A stretch of 64,000 nucleotides of DNA from Bacillota bacterium. GTDB lineage: Bacteria > Bacillota > DTU025. A program made the translations under genes and the position numbers. Below the pieces are notes generated by a model. That model was given only the letters and a program-made list of their open reading frames with translations. It made no database searches and had not been told where the DNA came from. Every line of letters begins with the position of its first letter. The stretch's first letter is position 1. Below, piece after piece: positions 20,392-30,567 of the stretch. The DNA is taken from the NCBI GenBank assembly GCA_050951805.1, contig JBMNJT010000008.1, positions 64,001-128,000 on the forward strand, given 5' to 3'.

Positions 20392-23300
20392 TTGAAATAC
20401 GGAGAACTCATCCAGTTTGACCCCATCGAAAGAGTGATCGAGCTGCGGGCAGCTAACCAAGTGGAAGAGGCCAAGAATCTAGTTGAGACTTATGTGATCT
20501 CAGAAGACATGGCTGACAAGCTGACAGGGATCATAATTCCCCATCTTCAATTTGAGGAACCCATGGATAACATGGGACTTCTTATCGTTGGCAATTACGG
20601 AACAGGCAAATCACATTTGATGGCTGTTATCTCGTCCATCGCCGAGCATTCCGACCTTGTACCCTACCTAACTAATGAAGACGTTGCAGCACAGGCGGGG
20701 AAGATAGCAGGGAAGTTCAAGGTAGTGAGAATAGAGATCGGCGGCATGACGATGCCGCTCCGCAACATTGTCACAGGCGAGATCGAGAAGAGTCTGAGGC
20801 AGTGGGGCATAGAATTTGCCTTTCCTGACATGAACGAGGTTCATAGCAACAAGCCCGCGTTTGAAGAGATGATGGCGCTTTTCAGCGACAAGTACCAAGG
20901 CCAAGGGTTGCTCGTGGTAGTTGACGAGCTTCTTGACTATCTCCGCTCACGCAATGACCAGGAAATTGTCTTGGACCTTAGCTTCTTGCGCGAAGTGGGT
21001 GAGATATGCAAGAACCTGAGATTCCGCTTCATTGCCGGCACACAAGAGGCCATTTTTGACAGCCCCAGGTTTTCTTTTGTTGCAGATAGTCTGCGCCGGG
21101 TCAAGGACAGGTTCGAGCAAGTGCTAATAGTGAGACAGGACGTAAAATTCGTTGTCAGTGAACGTTTGCTAAAGAAAACTCCCAAACAGGAGGCTCTCAT
21201 ACGCGATTACTTGACTCCCTTTGCCAAGTTCTACGGCAACATGAATGAGCGGATGGACGAATTCGTCCGCCTGTTTCCTGTGCACCCCGATTACATTGAC
21301 ACGTTTGAGAGAATAACTGTTGCTGAGAAGCGGGAGATCCTCAAAACGCTGTCTGCGTCCATGAAAGAGTTGCTTGACAAGGATGTGCCCCAAGATCGCC
21401 CGGGACTCTTGGCTTATGACAGCTACTGGGCGATTCTGAAGAGCAATCCTGTTTTCCGTGCTGAACCTGACATACGCTCAGTAATCAAGTGTAGTGAAGT
21501 TCTCGAAGACCGCATTAGACATGCATTTACCAGGCCTGTGTATATGGATATGGCGATTCGGATCATCCATGGCCTGTCAATTCATCGACTGACCACGAGC
21601 GATATCCATGCTCCGTTGGGCGCCACGCCGGGGGAGCTCAGGGATACACTCTGTCTTTATCAGCCATTTATTGAAGAACTCGGCGGCGAACCGGCAGAGG
21701 ATCTCAGAGGTCAGGTTGAGACGGTTTTGGGAGAGATCTACAAGACGGTAAATGGCCAGTTCATTTCGTCAAACCCCGACAACGGCCAGTACTATCTTGA
21801 CCTAGGCAAAACTGTTGATTATGATGCGTTGATTAGAAGAAGGGCTGAGAGCCTTGATGGGTCACAACTGGATCGATATTACTATGAAGCGCTGAAACGT
21901 GTTATGGAGTGCACGGACGAAACCTATGTCATGGGCTATCGTATTTGGCAGCACGAATTGGAGTGGACTCAACGGAAAGCGGCGCGGACAGGTTATCTGT
22001 TTTTTGGCGCGCCCAATGAACGTTCTACAGCAGTTCCTCCACGGGACTTTTACATCTACTTCATCCAGCCCTATGGGCCTCCTCAGTATAAGGACGAGAA
22101 CAAGGCAGATGAGGTCTTTTTCCATCTGAGAGGTGTCGATGATGATCTCGTCGGCAAGCTGCGGAGCTATGCTGCAGCCGTAGATTTGGCTTCCACTTCG
22201 TCTGGTCCCGCCAAGACGGTCTACCAATCAAAAGAACGGGAATTCTTGCGTGACTTGGTGGAGTGGCTTCGAAAGAACATGACCACGGCTTTTGATGTAA
22301 CCTATCAAGGAAAGACAAAGAAGCTCATTGAATGGATGAGGGGCGACGCGGTCCTGCCAAGGACTGAACATCTTAATGTTCGCGAGATAATTGATGCAGT
22401 CTGCTCTGCATGCTTGGAGGGAAGTTTCCAGGATCAGGCGCCACAGTATCCGACATTCTCGGTGCATATAACTGGCAAGAATCGATCTCAAGCTGCACAG
22501 GATGCGCTCCGTGCAATAGCCGGCCAGTCTCGGACGAAACAGGCAACCGCTGTTTTGGATGCGCTCGAGCTTTTGGATGGGGATCGCCTGGTTCCGGGCG
22601 GGTCAAGGTATGCTAAGTACATCATGGAAACTCTGAAAAACAAAGGCGATGGGCAGGTGGTCAACAGATCTGAGTTGATCGAGGGCATCTATGATGTTGA
22701 GTACTTGGCTCCGCAGTCTTTCAGGCTTGAGCCAGAATGGGTAGTTGTTGTTTTGGCTGCTCTCGTATACTCCGGCGATATAGTTTTGGCTGTTCCCGGG
22801 AACAAGTTTGATGCAACTAATCTGTCCCTTCTTGCTGCTACATCTGTTGATGATCTGGTTAACTTCAAACACATAGAAATGCCCAAGGAATGGAAGCTCC
22901 CGGCAATCAAAGCCCTTTTTGAATTAGTTGGCTTGAGTCCTGGTATGGCGCGATATGTCACTACTGGCGATACTGAGCCTGTACAGCAACTCCAGAAGGC
23001 GATCGCCGATATTTTAGAAAGGCTTGTCCTTGCACAACAACATGTACAGAGCGGACTGAAGTTTTGGAATTGCAGTCTGTTGAGCGAAGACAAGATTCAG
23101 GCACTAGATGCGCAGTTAGAAAAGACGAAATCATTCCTTGAGTCGCTGCAGACTTACTCATCGCCTGGGAGGCTCAAGAATTTCCGGTACAGTGAAGATG
23201 ATGTGAACTGCCACCGGTGTGGGCTGGAGGCTCTTGAGGATGTGGAGGCTTTGCATGGCATTATCATTGATCTTGAGCCTGTGGCTTCCTATCTTTCTAC

Positions 23301-24105
23301 AGCTGGGGCTGTTCTGCCTGCAGACCATCATTGGGTTTTGCGCATGGAGAAAGTCAAAAAAGACGTGTTGGACAGTTTCGCTGACCGGAATGCCAGAGAG
23401 CAACCAAGTTTTCGACGGGATGTTTTGCGGGATATGAACGATCTGAAGGAGTCCTATATCGATACTTATATGGAGCTACATGCACGGTCAAGGTTGGGGG
23501 TCAACGCGGATGAGCGCAAGAGTAAGCTGTTGCGAGATAGACGGTTGGAATCGCTTCAAAAGCTATGCACCATAGAGCTAATGCCCCGGCAGCAGTTAAC
23601 GGACTTCCAGAACCGCCTGGCAGGGCTGAAGAGCTGTTTTGTGCTTACGAAAAAGGATCTCGACGTGCCGCCCACATGCCCATATTGCGGTTACAGGCCT
23701 GGTCTTGAAGCATTGGGGGCTTCAGCGGAGGCACTCTTGGAGGGCCTAGACAATGAGCTCGATGAGCTGCTCTCTAGCTGGACAAAGATACTACTGGCTA
23801 ACCTTGAGGATCCATCGATCAGAGAAAACATGGCCTTGCTTCGGGCGGAAGACCGTCGCGTTATCAATGAGTTCGTGAACAGTGGCGAGCTCCCCGATCC
23901 TATCGAACAGGAATTTCTTGGGCCCGTGCAGGAGCTGCTTTCAGGGCTGGAAAAAGTCGTTGTCAAAACAGACGACATCCGTGATGCGTTGCTGGCAGGT
24001 GGATGCCCCATGACCGTGGATGAGATGAAGGGGCGTTTCGATGCTTACCTGAATGAATGTGTAAAAGGCAAGGAAGCCGGCAGAATTAGAATCGTATTGG
24101 AATAG
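20392..24105 (+). CDS. brxC: BREX type 3 ATPase BrxC/PglY (DUF6079)
   Basis: [39 protein letters not shown]-terminal CPYC; start 20389 or 20392 after GGAGGGG. Confidence 0.88.
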   Translation: MKYGELIQFDPIERVIELRAANQVEEAKNLVETYVISEDMADKLTGIIIPHLQFEEPMDNMGLLIVGNYGTGKSHLMAVISSIAEHSDLVPYLTNEDVAAQAGKIAGKFKVVRIEIGGMTMPLRNIVTGEIEKSLRQWGIEFAFPDMNEVHSNKPAFEEMMALFSDKYQGQGLLVVVDELLDYLRSRNDQEIVLDLSFLREVGEICKNLRFRFIAGTQEAIFDSPRFSFVADSLRRVKDRFEQVLIVRQDVKFVVSERLLKKTPKQEALIRDYLTPFAKFYGNMNERMDEFVRLFPVHPDYIDTFERITVAEKREILKTLSASMKELLDKDVPQDRPGLLAYDSYWAILKSNPVFRAEPDIRSVIKCSEVLEDRIRHAFTRPVYMDMAIRIIHGLSIHRLTTSDIHAPLGATPGELRDTLCLYQPFIEELGGEPAEDLRGQVETVLGEIYKTVNGQFISSNPDNGQYYLDLGKTVDYDALIRRRAESLDGSQLDRYYYEALKRVMECTDETYVMGYRIWQHELEWTQRKAARTGYLFFGAPNERSTAVPPRDFYIYFIQPYGPPQYKDENKADEVFFHLRGVDDDLVGKLRSYAAAVDLASTSSGPAKTVYQSKEREFLRDLVEWLRKNMTTAFDVTYQGKTKKLIEWMRGDAVLPRTEHLNVREIIDAVCSACLEGSFQDQAPQYPTFSVHITGKNRSQAAQDALRAIAGQSRTKQATAVLDALELLDGDRLVPGGSRYAKYIMETLKNKGDGQVVNRSELIEGIYDVEYLAPQSFRLEPEWVVVVLAALVYSGDIVLAVPGNKFDATNLSLLAATSVDDLVNFKHIEMPKEWKLPAIKALFELVGLSPGMARYVTTGDTEPVQQLQKAIADILERLVLAQQHVQSGLKFWNCSLLSEDKIQALDAQLEKTKSFLESLQTYSSPGRLKNFRYSEDDVNCHRCGLEALEDVEALHGIIIDLEPVASYLSTAGAVLPADHHWVLRMEKVKKDVLDSFADRNAREQPSFRRDVLRDMNDLKESYIDTYMELHARSRLGVNADERKSKLLRDRRLESLQKLCTIELMPRQQLTDFQNRLAGLKSCFVLTKKDLDVPPTCPYCGYRPGLEALGASAEALLEGLDNELDELLSSWTKILLANLEDPSIRENMALLRAEDRRVINEFVNSGELPDPIEQEFLGPVQELLSGLEKVVVKTDDIRDALLAGGCPMTVDEMKGRFDAYLNECVKGKEAGRIRIVLE

Positions 24106-24117
24106 GAGTGCTAGATC

Positions 24118-26940
24118 ATGAAGGATAGCAGGCAGATGAGGCTCCTAGCGGTAGAGGGCGATGTTCAACCCGGAGGCCCCGTGGAGTGTCTGGGGAGGAC
24201 TTTTGAGAATGACGAAGCGCGGCGAGATTACTTCAAGGATGAACTCAGGAAGAAGCTCGCTGACCCTGAATTCCGCAAGATTGAGGGGTTTCCAATCGGT
24301 GCGGACGAGGATATTCTTACACTGTCGGATCCGCCGTACTACACAGCATGCCCTAACCCCTTTATCGATGATTTCATAGAGTATTACGGCAAGCCTTATG
24401 ATCCTGATGAAGAATATCGTAAGGAGCCCTTTGCTGCGGATGTTAGTGAAGGGAAGAACGATCCCATTTACAACGCTCATTCCTACCATACTAAGGTGCC
24501 GCACAAGGCTGTCATGCGTTACATATTGCACTATACCGAACCAGGCGACATAGTCTTCGATGGATTCTGCGGTACCGGCATGACAGGGGTTGCGGCCCAA
24601 TTGTGCGGAGATCGGGCTGAAGTCGAGTCGTTAGGCTACAAGGTAGACAAGCATGGGACGATTCACGACAAGGAAACTGATGCAGATGGGAAGACTGTTT
24701 GGCAGCCATTTTCCAAGCTTGGCGCAAGACGGGCTGTGTTGAATGATCTCTCGCCTGCGGCAACGTTTATTGCGTACAACTACAACACACCAGTAGATGT
24801 AGTGGAGTTCGAAAGAGAGGCCAAACGTATTCTTGCGGAAGTAGAAGAAGAATGCGGGTGGATGTATGAGACTTTCCACACCGATGGAAAGACCAAAGGC
24901 CGCATTAACTACACAGTATGGTCAGATGTATTTGTGTGCCCTGAATGCTCACATGAGCTAGTGTTTTGGGATGCGGCAGTGGACCAGGATGCCGGTAAGG
25001 TACATAAGGAGTTCCCTTGTCCATACTGTAACGCTAGCCTCACGAAACGTAGCATGGAACGTGCATGGGTTACAAGATTCGACAAAGCGCTCAATCAGAC
25101 TGTGAAACAAGCAAAGCAGGTTCCCGTATTGATAAACTACAGCATAGGTAGGAAACGATTTGAAAAGCAACCAGATGACTTTGATCTCGCGCTCATCAAG
25201 CAGATTGAAGATGCTGATATTCCTTATTGGTATCCGACTTATCGGATGCCAGAAGGCGATGAGTCAAGGCGTAATGACGATATAGGCATTACTCATGTGC
25301 ATCATTTCTATACGAAGAGGAGCTTGTGGGTATTAGCAGGCCTAGCCAACACAATAGCAGAGATTCGTTCTCACAGACTACGTCAGGCTCTCTTCTTTGG
25401 GCTCACCAGTGTGATACAAGGCCATTGTAAACTAAACAGATTTCGTTTTAACGTGTCTTTCCCATCCAACGTAATGTCTGGCACTTTGTACATCTCTTCC
25501 ATGACAAGAGAGAGCAATATTGTCGACCAGCTGAGAAACAGGTATCTCCTACGCTTAAGACCAGTGTTCGCCTCTTGTCACGATCCCAGCAAGCAGACTG
25601 GTATTGCTATCTTCACTTCTGATGCATCAGTGAGTCTCTTCGAAAGCTCTTGTTGTGATTATGTGTTCACTGACCCACCTTTCGGCGGAAACTTGATGTA
25701 TTCGGAGCTGAACTTTCTATGGGAATCATGGCTCAAGATTCTCACTAATAATGAACCAGAAGCTATTGAAAACAGAGTCCAAGGCAAAGGACTCGCGGAA
25801 TATCAAGGATTGATGACTCGTTGCTTCCAGGAATACTATCGGGTCCTGAAACCCGGCAGGTGGATGACTGTGGAGTTCCATAACTCCAAAAACAGCGTAT
25901 GGAACGCAATACAAGAAGCCCTACAGTGTGCTGGTTTCGTAGTTGCAGATGTCCGTGTTCTTGACAAAGGGCAGGGAACCTTTAAACAGGTTACTAGCAC
26001 AAGTGCTGTAAAGCAAGATCTTGTCATCTCTGCCTACAAGCCCGACGGCGGTTTGGAAGAACGCTTTCGGCTCCAAGCCGGCACGCAGGATGGGGCATGG
26101 GATTTTGTCCGGACTCACCTGAGACAGCTCCCAGTCTTTGTGGCCAAAGACGGGAAGGCTGAGGTAATAGCCGAAAGGCAAAACTACCTTTTGTATGATC
26201 GCATGGTGGCGTTCCACGTACAGCGTGGGGTAACGGTTCCTTTGTCAGCAGCAGAGTTCTACCAGGGGTTGAATCAGCGTTTCCCTGAGCGAGATGGGAT
26301 GTACTTCTTACCTGATCAGGTTTCAGAGTATGACAAGAAACGCATGACTGCTAGAGAGCTACAGCAGCTTCAGCTTTTCGTGACTGATGAGTCTTCGGCT
26401 ATTCAATGGCTCAAACAGCAGCTGGATGCTAAGCCCCAAACCTTCCAAGAAATCCATCCCCAATTCTTGAAGGAGATCGGAGGCTGGCAGAAACATGAGA
26501 AGCCATTGGAGCTTCTAGATCTGTTGCATGAGAACTTCCTGCGGTATGACGGAGTAGGCGAGGTACCAAGTCAAATCCATAGCTACCTATCTAGCAATTA
26601 CAAGGACCTGCGGAATCTCTCAAAGGAGGATGCGGCCCTTCAAGCCAAGGCAAAGGATCGCTGGTATGTGCCTGATCCGAACAAGGCTGCTGACATTGAG
26701 AAGCTCCGTGAGAGAGCACTTCTTCGGGAATTCGAAGAATACAGGGAATCGAAACAGCGAAGGCTGAAGGTCTTCCGGTTGGAGGCTGTTCGCGCTGGTT
26801 TCCAAAAGGCGTGGGCCGAGCGCGATTATCAGACTATTATCGATGTGGCACACAAGATTCCTGAACAGGTTCTTCAGGAAGATCCGAAGTTGCTCATGTG
26901 GTACGACCAGGCGTCAATGAGAGTGGGGGGAGAAGCATGA
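24118..26940 (+). CDS. pglXI: BREX type 3 DNA methyltransferase PglXI
   Basis: YHTKVPH, SAM motif DGFCGTGMTG, CPEC/CPYC zinc ribbon, catalytic TDPPF. Confidence 0.9.
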   Translation: MKDSRQMRLLAVEGDVQPGGPVECLGRTFENDEARRDYFKDELRKKLADPEFRKIEGFPIGADEDILTLSDPPYYTACPNPFIDDFIEYYGKPYDPDEEYRKEPFAADVSEGKNDPIYNAHSYHTKVPHKAVMRYILHYTEPGDIVFDGFCGTGMTGVAAQLCGDRAEVESLGYKVDKHGTIHDKETDADGKTVWQPFSKLGARRAVLNDLSPAATFIAYNYNTPVDVVEFEREAKRILAEVEEECGWMYETFHTDGKTKGRINYTVWSDVFVCPECSHELVFWDAAVDQDAGKVHKEFPCPYCNASLTKRSMERAWVTRFDKALNQTVKQAKQVPVLINYSIGRKRFEKQPDDFDLALIKQIEDADIPYWYPTYRMPEGDESRRNDDIGITHVHHFYTKRSLWVLAGLANTIAEIRSHRLRQALFFGLTSVIQGHCKLNRFRFNVSFPSNVMSGTLYISSMTRESNIVDQLRNRYLLRLRPVFASCHDPSKQTGIAIFTSDASVSLFESSCCDYVFTDPPFGGNLMYSELNFLWESWLKILTNNEPEAIENRVQGKGLAEYQGLMTRCFQEYYRVLKPGRWMTVEFHNSKNSVWNAIQEALQCAGFVVADVRVLDKGQGTFKQVTSTSAVKQDLVISAYKPDGGLEERFRLQAGTQDGAWDFVRTHLRQLPVFVAKDGKAEVIAERQNYLLYDRMVAFHVQRGVTVPLSAAEFYQGLNQRFPERDGMYFLPDQVSEYDKKRMTARELQQLQLFVTDESSAIQWLKQQLDAKPQTFQEIHPQFLKEIGGWQKHEKPLELLDLLHENFLRYDGVGEVPSQIHSYLSSNYKDLRNLSKEDAALQAKAKDRWYVPDPNKAADIEKLRERALLREFEEYRESKQRRLKVFRLEAVRAGFQKAWAERDYQTIIDVAHKIPEQVLQEDPKLLMWYDQASMRVGGEA

Positions 26941-29900
26941 CGACCCACATTTCTGCACGCATTGCATGGCATGACGATGGTTGGAATGGTCACATCTGCA
27001 AGAACCCTGCAGCCAATACCTTCTGTGTTGGGAACCACTCATACCCTGGCCAGTATATCGCTGAGAACCGTTGCCTTGAATGGGAGAATAGCCATGCGGG
27101 CCAATACTGTGGGCAGCTGGATAGGTTTCCGCCGTGCTGCTACAGCATCAATGCATTCGGGAGCAGCGATATCATGGCAGAATCGAGTCCCCCTGATTGG
27201 TTCAATAACGAAACAGAAACTCGCCAATGGACGATTCCACCTGCAACTGTGTGCATATGGCCATATGAGGTCATGTACACGGAAGACGTGCGCCGAGACG
27301 GACACTTCGATTGCGATCGACGCCTTCAAAACGCACGAGAATACTTCGGAGAGATTGAATCCGGCAGAAGCCTTATCTTTTACTACAGCAACTACTCGAA
27401 CCCATTCAGCGAGGATGATGCAAAGCGCTATGTATTGGTTGGCGTGTCAAGGATAAAGTCGGTAGGCGAAGAGCTTTTTTACGAGGGATGCTCTAAGCAG
27501 GTAATGGAGAGCTATGGCGGCTTTGTCTGGCAGCGGAATGTGACTTCATGTTACCCGGACCAAGGTTTCAGAATCCCGTATCACAGGTATCGCAATGAGC
27601 CCGAGATATTGAACAGAATAGCATTGTTTCCCGACAACCCCCGCGTCTGCAAATACGCAACACGTCACATGTCCGACGATGATGCTCTTGGATTGCTCGA
27701 AGGCTTCCTAAGAGTCGTCTATACACTACGAGAGATCGGCGACGATTCTGAAGACTGGGAGAGGCGCGCCGAATGGCTGGAAGGCCTCATTGCTGAACTG
27801 TGGCGGCATAGAGGGCTTCTTCCTGGGACCGGAGCTGTTTTGAATGTTCTCGGCATGACAGCCGCCATCCCATATTTCAAGCAAAAGGCACTAGATGGGG
27901 CAGAAAAGGAAGCTCATGCTGAGATTTTCAGTCTCCTAGCCGGGGAAGTGGATAAGATACCTGGTTTGAGGATAACTCCGGACCAATGTAAGAAGGCTAG
28001 GCGTCAATGGAGACTCAGAACAGAGCAGGAACAGAATCTCCTGCGAGATGCTCTTCCCAGGTTCGATTTGGAGGCGGCTCAGATTGAGAAGATTCTGAGT
28101 GAACGCAGATCAGAGAACGGGATTGCCGCGGAGCTGTTGGAGATAATAAGCAATCCATATACTCTCTCGGAGCAATACTCGGGAGATGACCCCGACGACC
28201 TGATTTCGTGGGGAACCATTGATCGTGGCATGATTCCTTCGCCCGAGCTTGGAGGCGAATCCTTGGCCGAGCTCGATGACCCCTGCAGATTTCGGGCTTT
28301 GCTTGTGAACGAGCTAAGGCAGGAAAATGAGCACACTTTCGTGCCTTCTAGACACTTGCTGTCAGCTGTGAACTACCGTCTTGAAAGGCTTCCGGAGTGG
28401 AAACGCTTTCAGTTCCATGAACGATATATCGAGGCGGATGCCGACGAATTGAGCGAGGCATTGCATATCCGTTCAGATGGCGAGAACACTTACATATATC
28501 TCAAGACAGTCTATGAAGACGAACGGCTAATCGAAGACAAGATCAACTTCCTGCTGAGCGGCCCCGACATAGAGCTGAGTTCCCCGGTAACAGAGGTTAA
28601 CTGGAAGAGCTATCTCTATAGGACTGACAGCACTCTGGCTCAGAAAGCCGAAGAAGAGTATAGGAAGATTATTGAAGACCAGATAGAGGCCTGCCAGCAA
28701 GTCTTCATACGACCGTTGAGCGTCATATCAGGCGAAGCCGGCAGTGGAAAAACCACGGTCATCAATGCCATTATCAAAGCCATCAAGAAGGGGCATGGTG
28801 TTGGCACTCCAGTCATCGCCCTGGCTCCCACTGGAAAGGCTGCTGACCGGATTAGAGAAGTCCTTGAAGGCGATGATGCGGTTCCGGGGAGTGTCGAAGT
28901 GGCCACGATTCATTCGTTTCTAGCCCAACGTGGATGGATGAATCCTAACATGACATTTAGGCGGTCGGGGGGACGTGTCGAGGCCGGATACAATACCTAT
29001 ATCATTGATGAGTCTTCTATGCTTGACTTGTCCTTGATCGCCTGCTTCTTCCGTGCCGTACAGTGGCCATCAGTGCAGCGGCTGATCTTTGTGGGTGATC
29101 CCAATCAGCTTCCTCCGATAGGGCGAGGGCGATTTTTTGCGGACCTCATTTCCCACCTTGGGGCTGAGGCGCCCGAGAGTGTCGCGTTTCTCAAACACAA
29201 TCTTCGTCAGATGGAAGCAAGGTTGGTAGGTAGTGGCTCTGGCATCATCGATCTGGCGAAATGCTACCTGAACGTGCCGCTCCTAGAAGCAAAAGATGAA
29301 GACGCGGATATACATGCGGAGATCATGCTGCAGAAAATCAGTGAAGGCGGCGACATCAGTGATGATCTTCGAGTGCTCTATTGGAATACCCAAGAGGAAC
29401 TTAACCACCTTCTATTGACTCTGATTGAAGAGGACATGGTACGCGATATCTCTAGCCGCGGAAATAATGTTAGTGCAATCGAAGACAAACCTTGGGAGTT
29501 GTGGAACAAAGCGTTTGATGAAAAACCAGACTATCTTCAGATCATTACCCCATACAGGGGTGGGTTCTTTGGGACTGAAGAGATTAATCGCATTTGCCAA
29601 CAGCATGTACGCAAAGGGATCCTTGAGCGGGTAGGAGCTATTGACGGCATTACGCTATTTGATAAAGTCATTCAGATTGTAAATCGCCCTAGCTCCCGCA
29701 AGATCAACGCCTATAATTGGTGTACAAGGCAAGTTGAAGGCGTAGAGGTTTTCAACGGCCAGTTGGGATTCGTCCGCCTACATCCATTTGATCGTAAGGA
29801 AATGAGACGTCCGAGCTTTCGGCTTCAACGATTTCAGGTAGTCTTCGCGCGACGGAGTCACCTGGCAGTGGGTTATGGTCGAGGGCTTGGTGGAAGCTCC

Positions 29901-30554
29901 CCCAACGAATCTGTTGAAGAGAATTTGGAGCTGGCATACGCATTGTCAATACACAAGGCGCAGGGGAGCGATTTTCAGAGAGTCTATGTAGTAATTCCCA
30001 AGCAGAAGCAGAGCATGCTGTCTACAGAGCTATTCTACACTGCATTGACGAGAGCCCGGAAGCACTGCACCATACTGATAGAGGAGAACATGTTGCCCCT
30101 TATCGACATGCGGCGTCCAGAGTTTGCTCGTCTGAACAAGATCAACTCGTCCCTATTCAGCTTTCAGCCCGTACCAGATGATCTTCTGGATATGCCCAGA
30201 TGGCATGAAGAAGGCTTGATACATCAGACTATCGCGCCTGATGTAATGGTGCGTTCTAAATCCGAAGTGATAATAGCAAACATGCTTCAGGAACGCGGAA
30301 TTCCATTCAGGTATGAACAACCCCTACGCGCACCTAACGGCACTTTCTACTTACCGGACTTCACAGTAATCTGGCGAGGGACGGAGTATTATTGGGAGCA
30401 CTTAGGATTGCTCCATTGCGATGATTACCGGCGCCACTGGGAGAAGAAGCAGGCATGGTATGCGCGGTTCTTTCCTGGCCGTCTGATTATTACTGAGGAA
30501 TCAGGAAAATTGAGCCGTGATGCAGACGAGGTAATTCGAAGCCACTTCAGTTGA
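26937..30554 (+). CDS. RecD2-like SF1B helicase with a Cys/His-rich N-terminus and a C-terminal PD-(D/E)xK-like nuclease
   Basis: GEAGSGKTT, LAPTGKAA, TIHSFL, IIDESSM, GDPNQLPPIG, SIHKAQGSDF, YTALTRA; C-terminal RSKSEVIIAN...YEQPL...PDF...WEH; ATGA overlap with pglXI. Confidence 0.85.
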   Translation: MTTHISARIAWHDDGWNGHICKNPAANTFCVGNHSYPGQYIAENRCLEWENSHAGQYCGQLDRFPPCCYSINAFGSSDIMAESSPPDWFNNETETRQWTIPPATVCIWPYEVMYTEDVRRDGHFDCDRRLQNAREYFGEIESGRSLIFYYSNYSNPFSEDDAKRYVLVGVSRIKSVGEELFYEGCSKQVMESYGGFVWQRNVTSCYPDQGFRIPYHRYRNEPEILNRIALFPDNPRVCKYATRHMSDDDALGLLEGFLRVVYTLREIGDDSEDWERRAEWLEGLIAELWRHRGLLPGTGAVLNVLGMTAAIPYFKQKALDGAEKEAHAEIFSLLAGEVDKIPGLRITPDQCKKARRQWRLRTEQEQNLLRDALPRFDLEAAQIEKILSERRSENGIAAELLEIISNPYTLSEQYSGDDPDDLISWGTIDRGMIPSPELGGESLAELDDPCRFRALLVNELRQENEHTFVPSRHLLSAVNYRLERLPEWKRFQFHERYIEADADELSEALHIRSDGENTYIYLKTVYEDERLIEDKINFLLSGPDIELSSPVTEVNWKSYLYRTDSTLAQKAEEEYRKIIEDQIEACQQVFIRPLSVISGEAGSGKTTVINAIIKAIKKGHGVGTPVIALAPTGKAADRIREVLEGDDAVPGSVEVATIHSFLAQRGWMNPNMTFRRSGGRVEAGYNTYIIDESSMLDLSLIACFFRAVQWPSVQRLIFVGDPNQLPPIGRGRFFADLISHLGAEAPESVAFLKHNLRQMEARLVGSGSGIIDLAKCYLNVPLLEAKDEDADIHAEIMLQKISEGGDISDDLRVLYWNTQEELNHLLLTLIEEDMVRDISSRGNNVSAIEDKPWELWNKAFDEKPDYLQIITPYRGGFFGTEEINRICQQHVRKGILERVGAIDGITLFDKVIQIVNRPSSRKINAYNWCTRQVEGVEVFNGQLGFVRLHPFDRKEMRRPSFRLQRFQVVFARRSHLAVGYGRGLGGSSPNESVEENLELAYALSIHKAQGSDFQRVYVVIPKQKQSMLSTELFYTALTRARKHCTILIEENMLPLIDMRRPEFARLNKINSSLFSFQPVPDDLLDMPRWHEEGLIHQTIAPDVMVRSKSEVIIANMLQERGIPFRYEQPLRAPNGTFYLPDFTVIWRGTEYYWEHLGLLHCDDYRRHWEKKQAWYARFFPGRLIITEESGKLSRDADEVIRSHFS

Positions 30555-30567
30555 TGGGAAGGATAGT

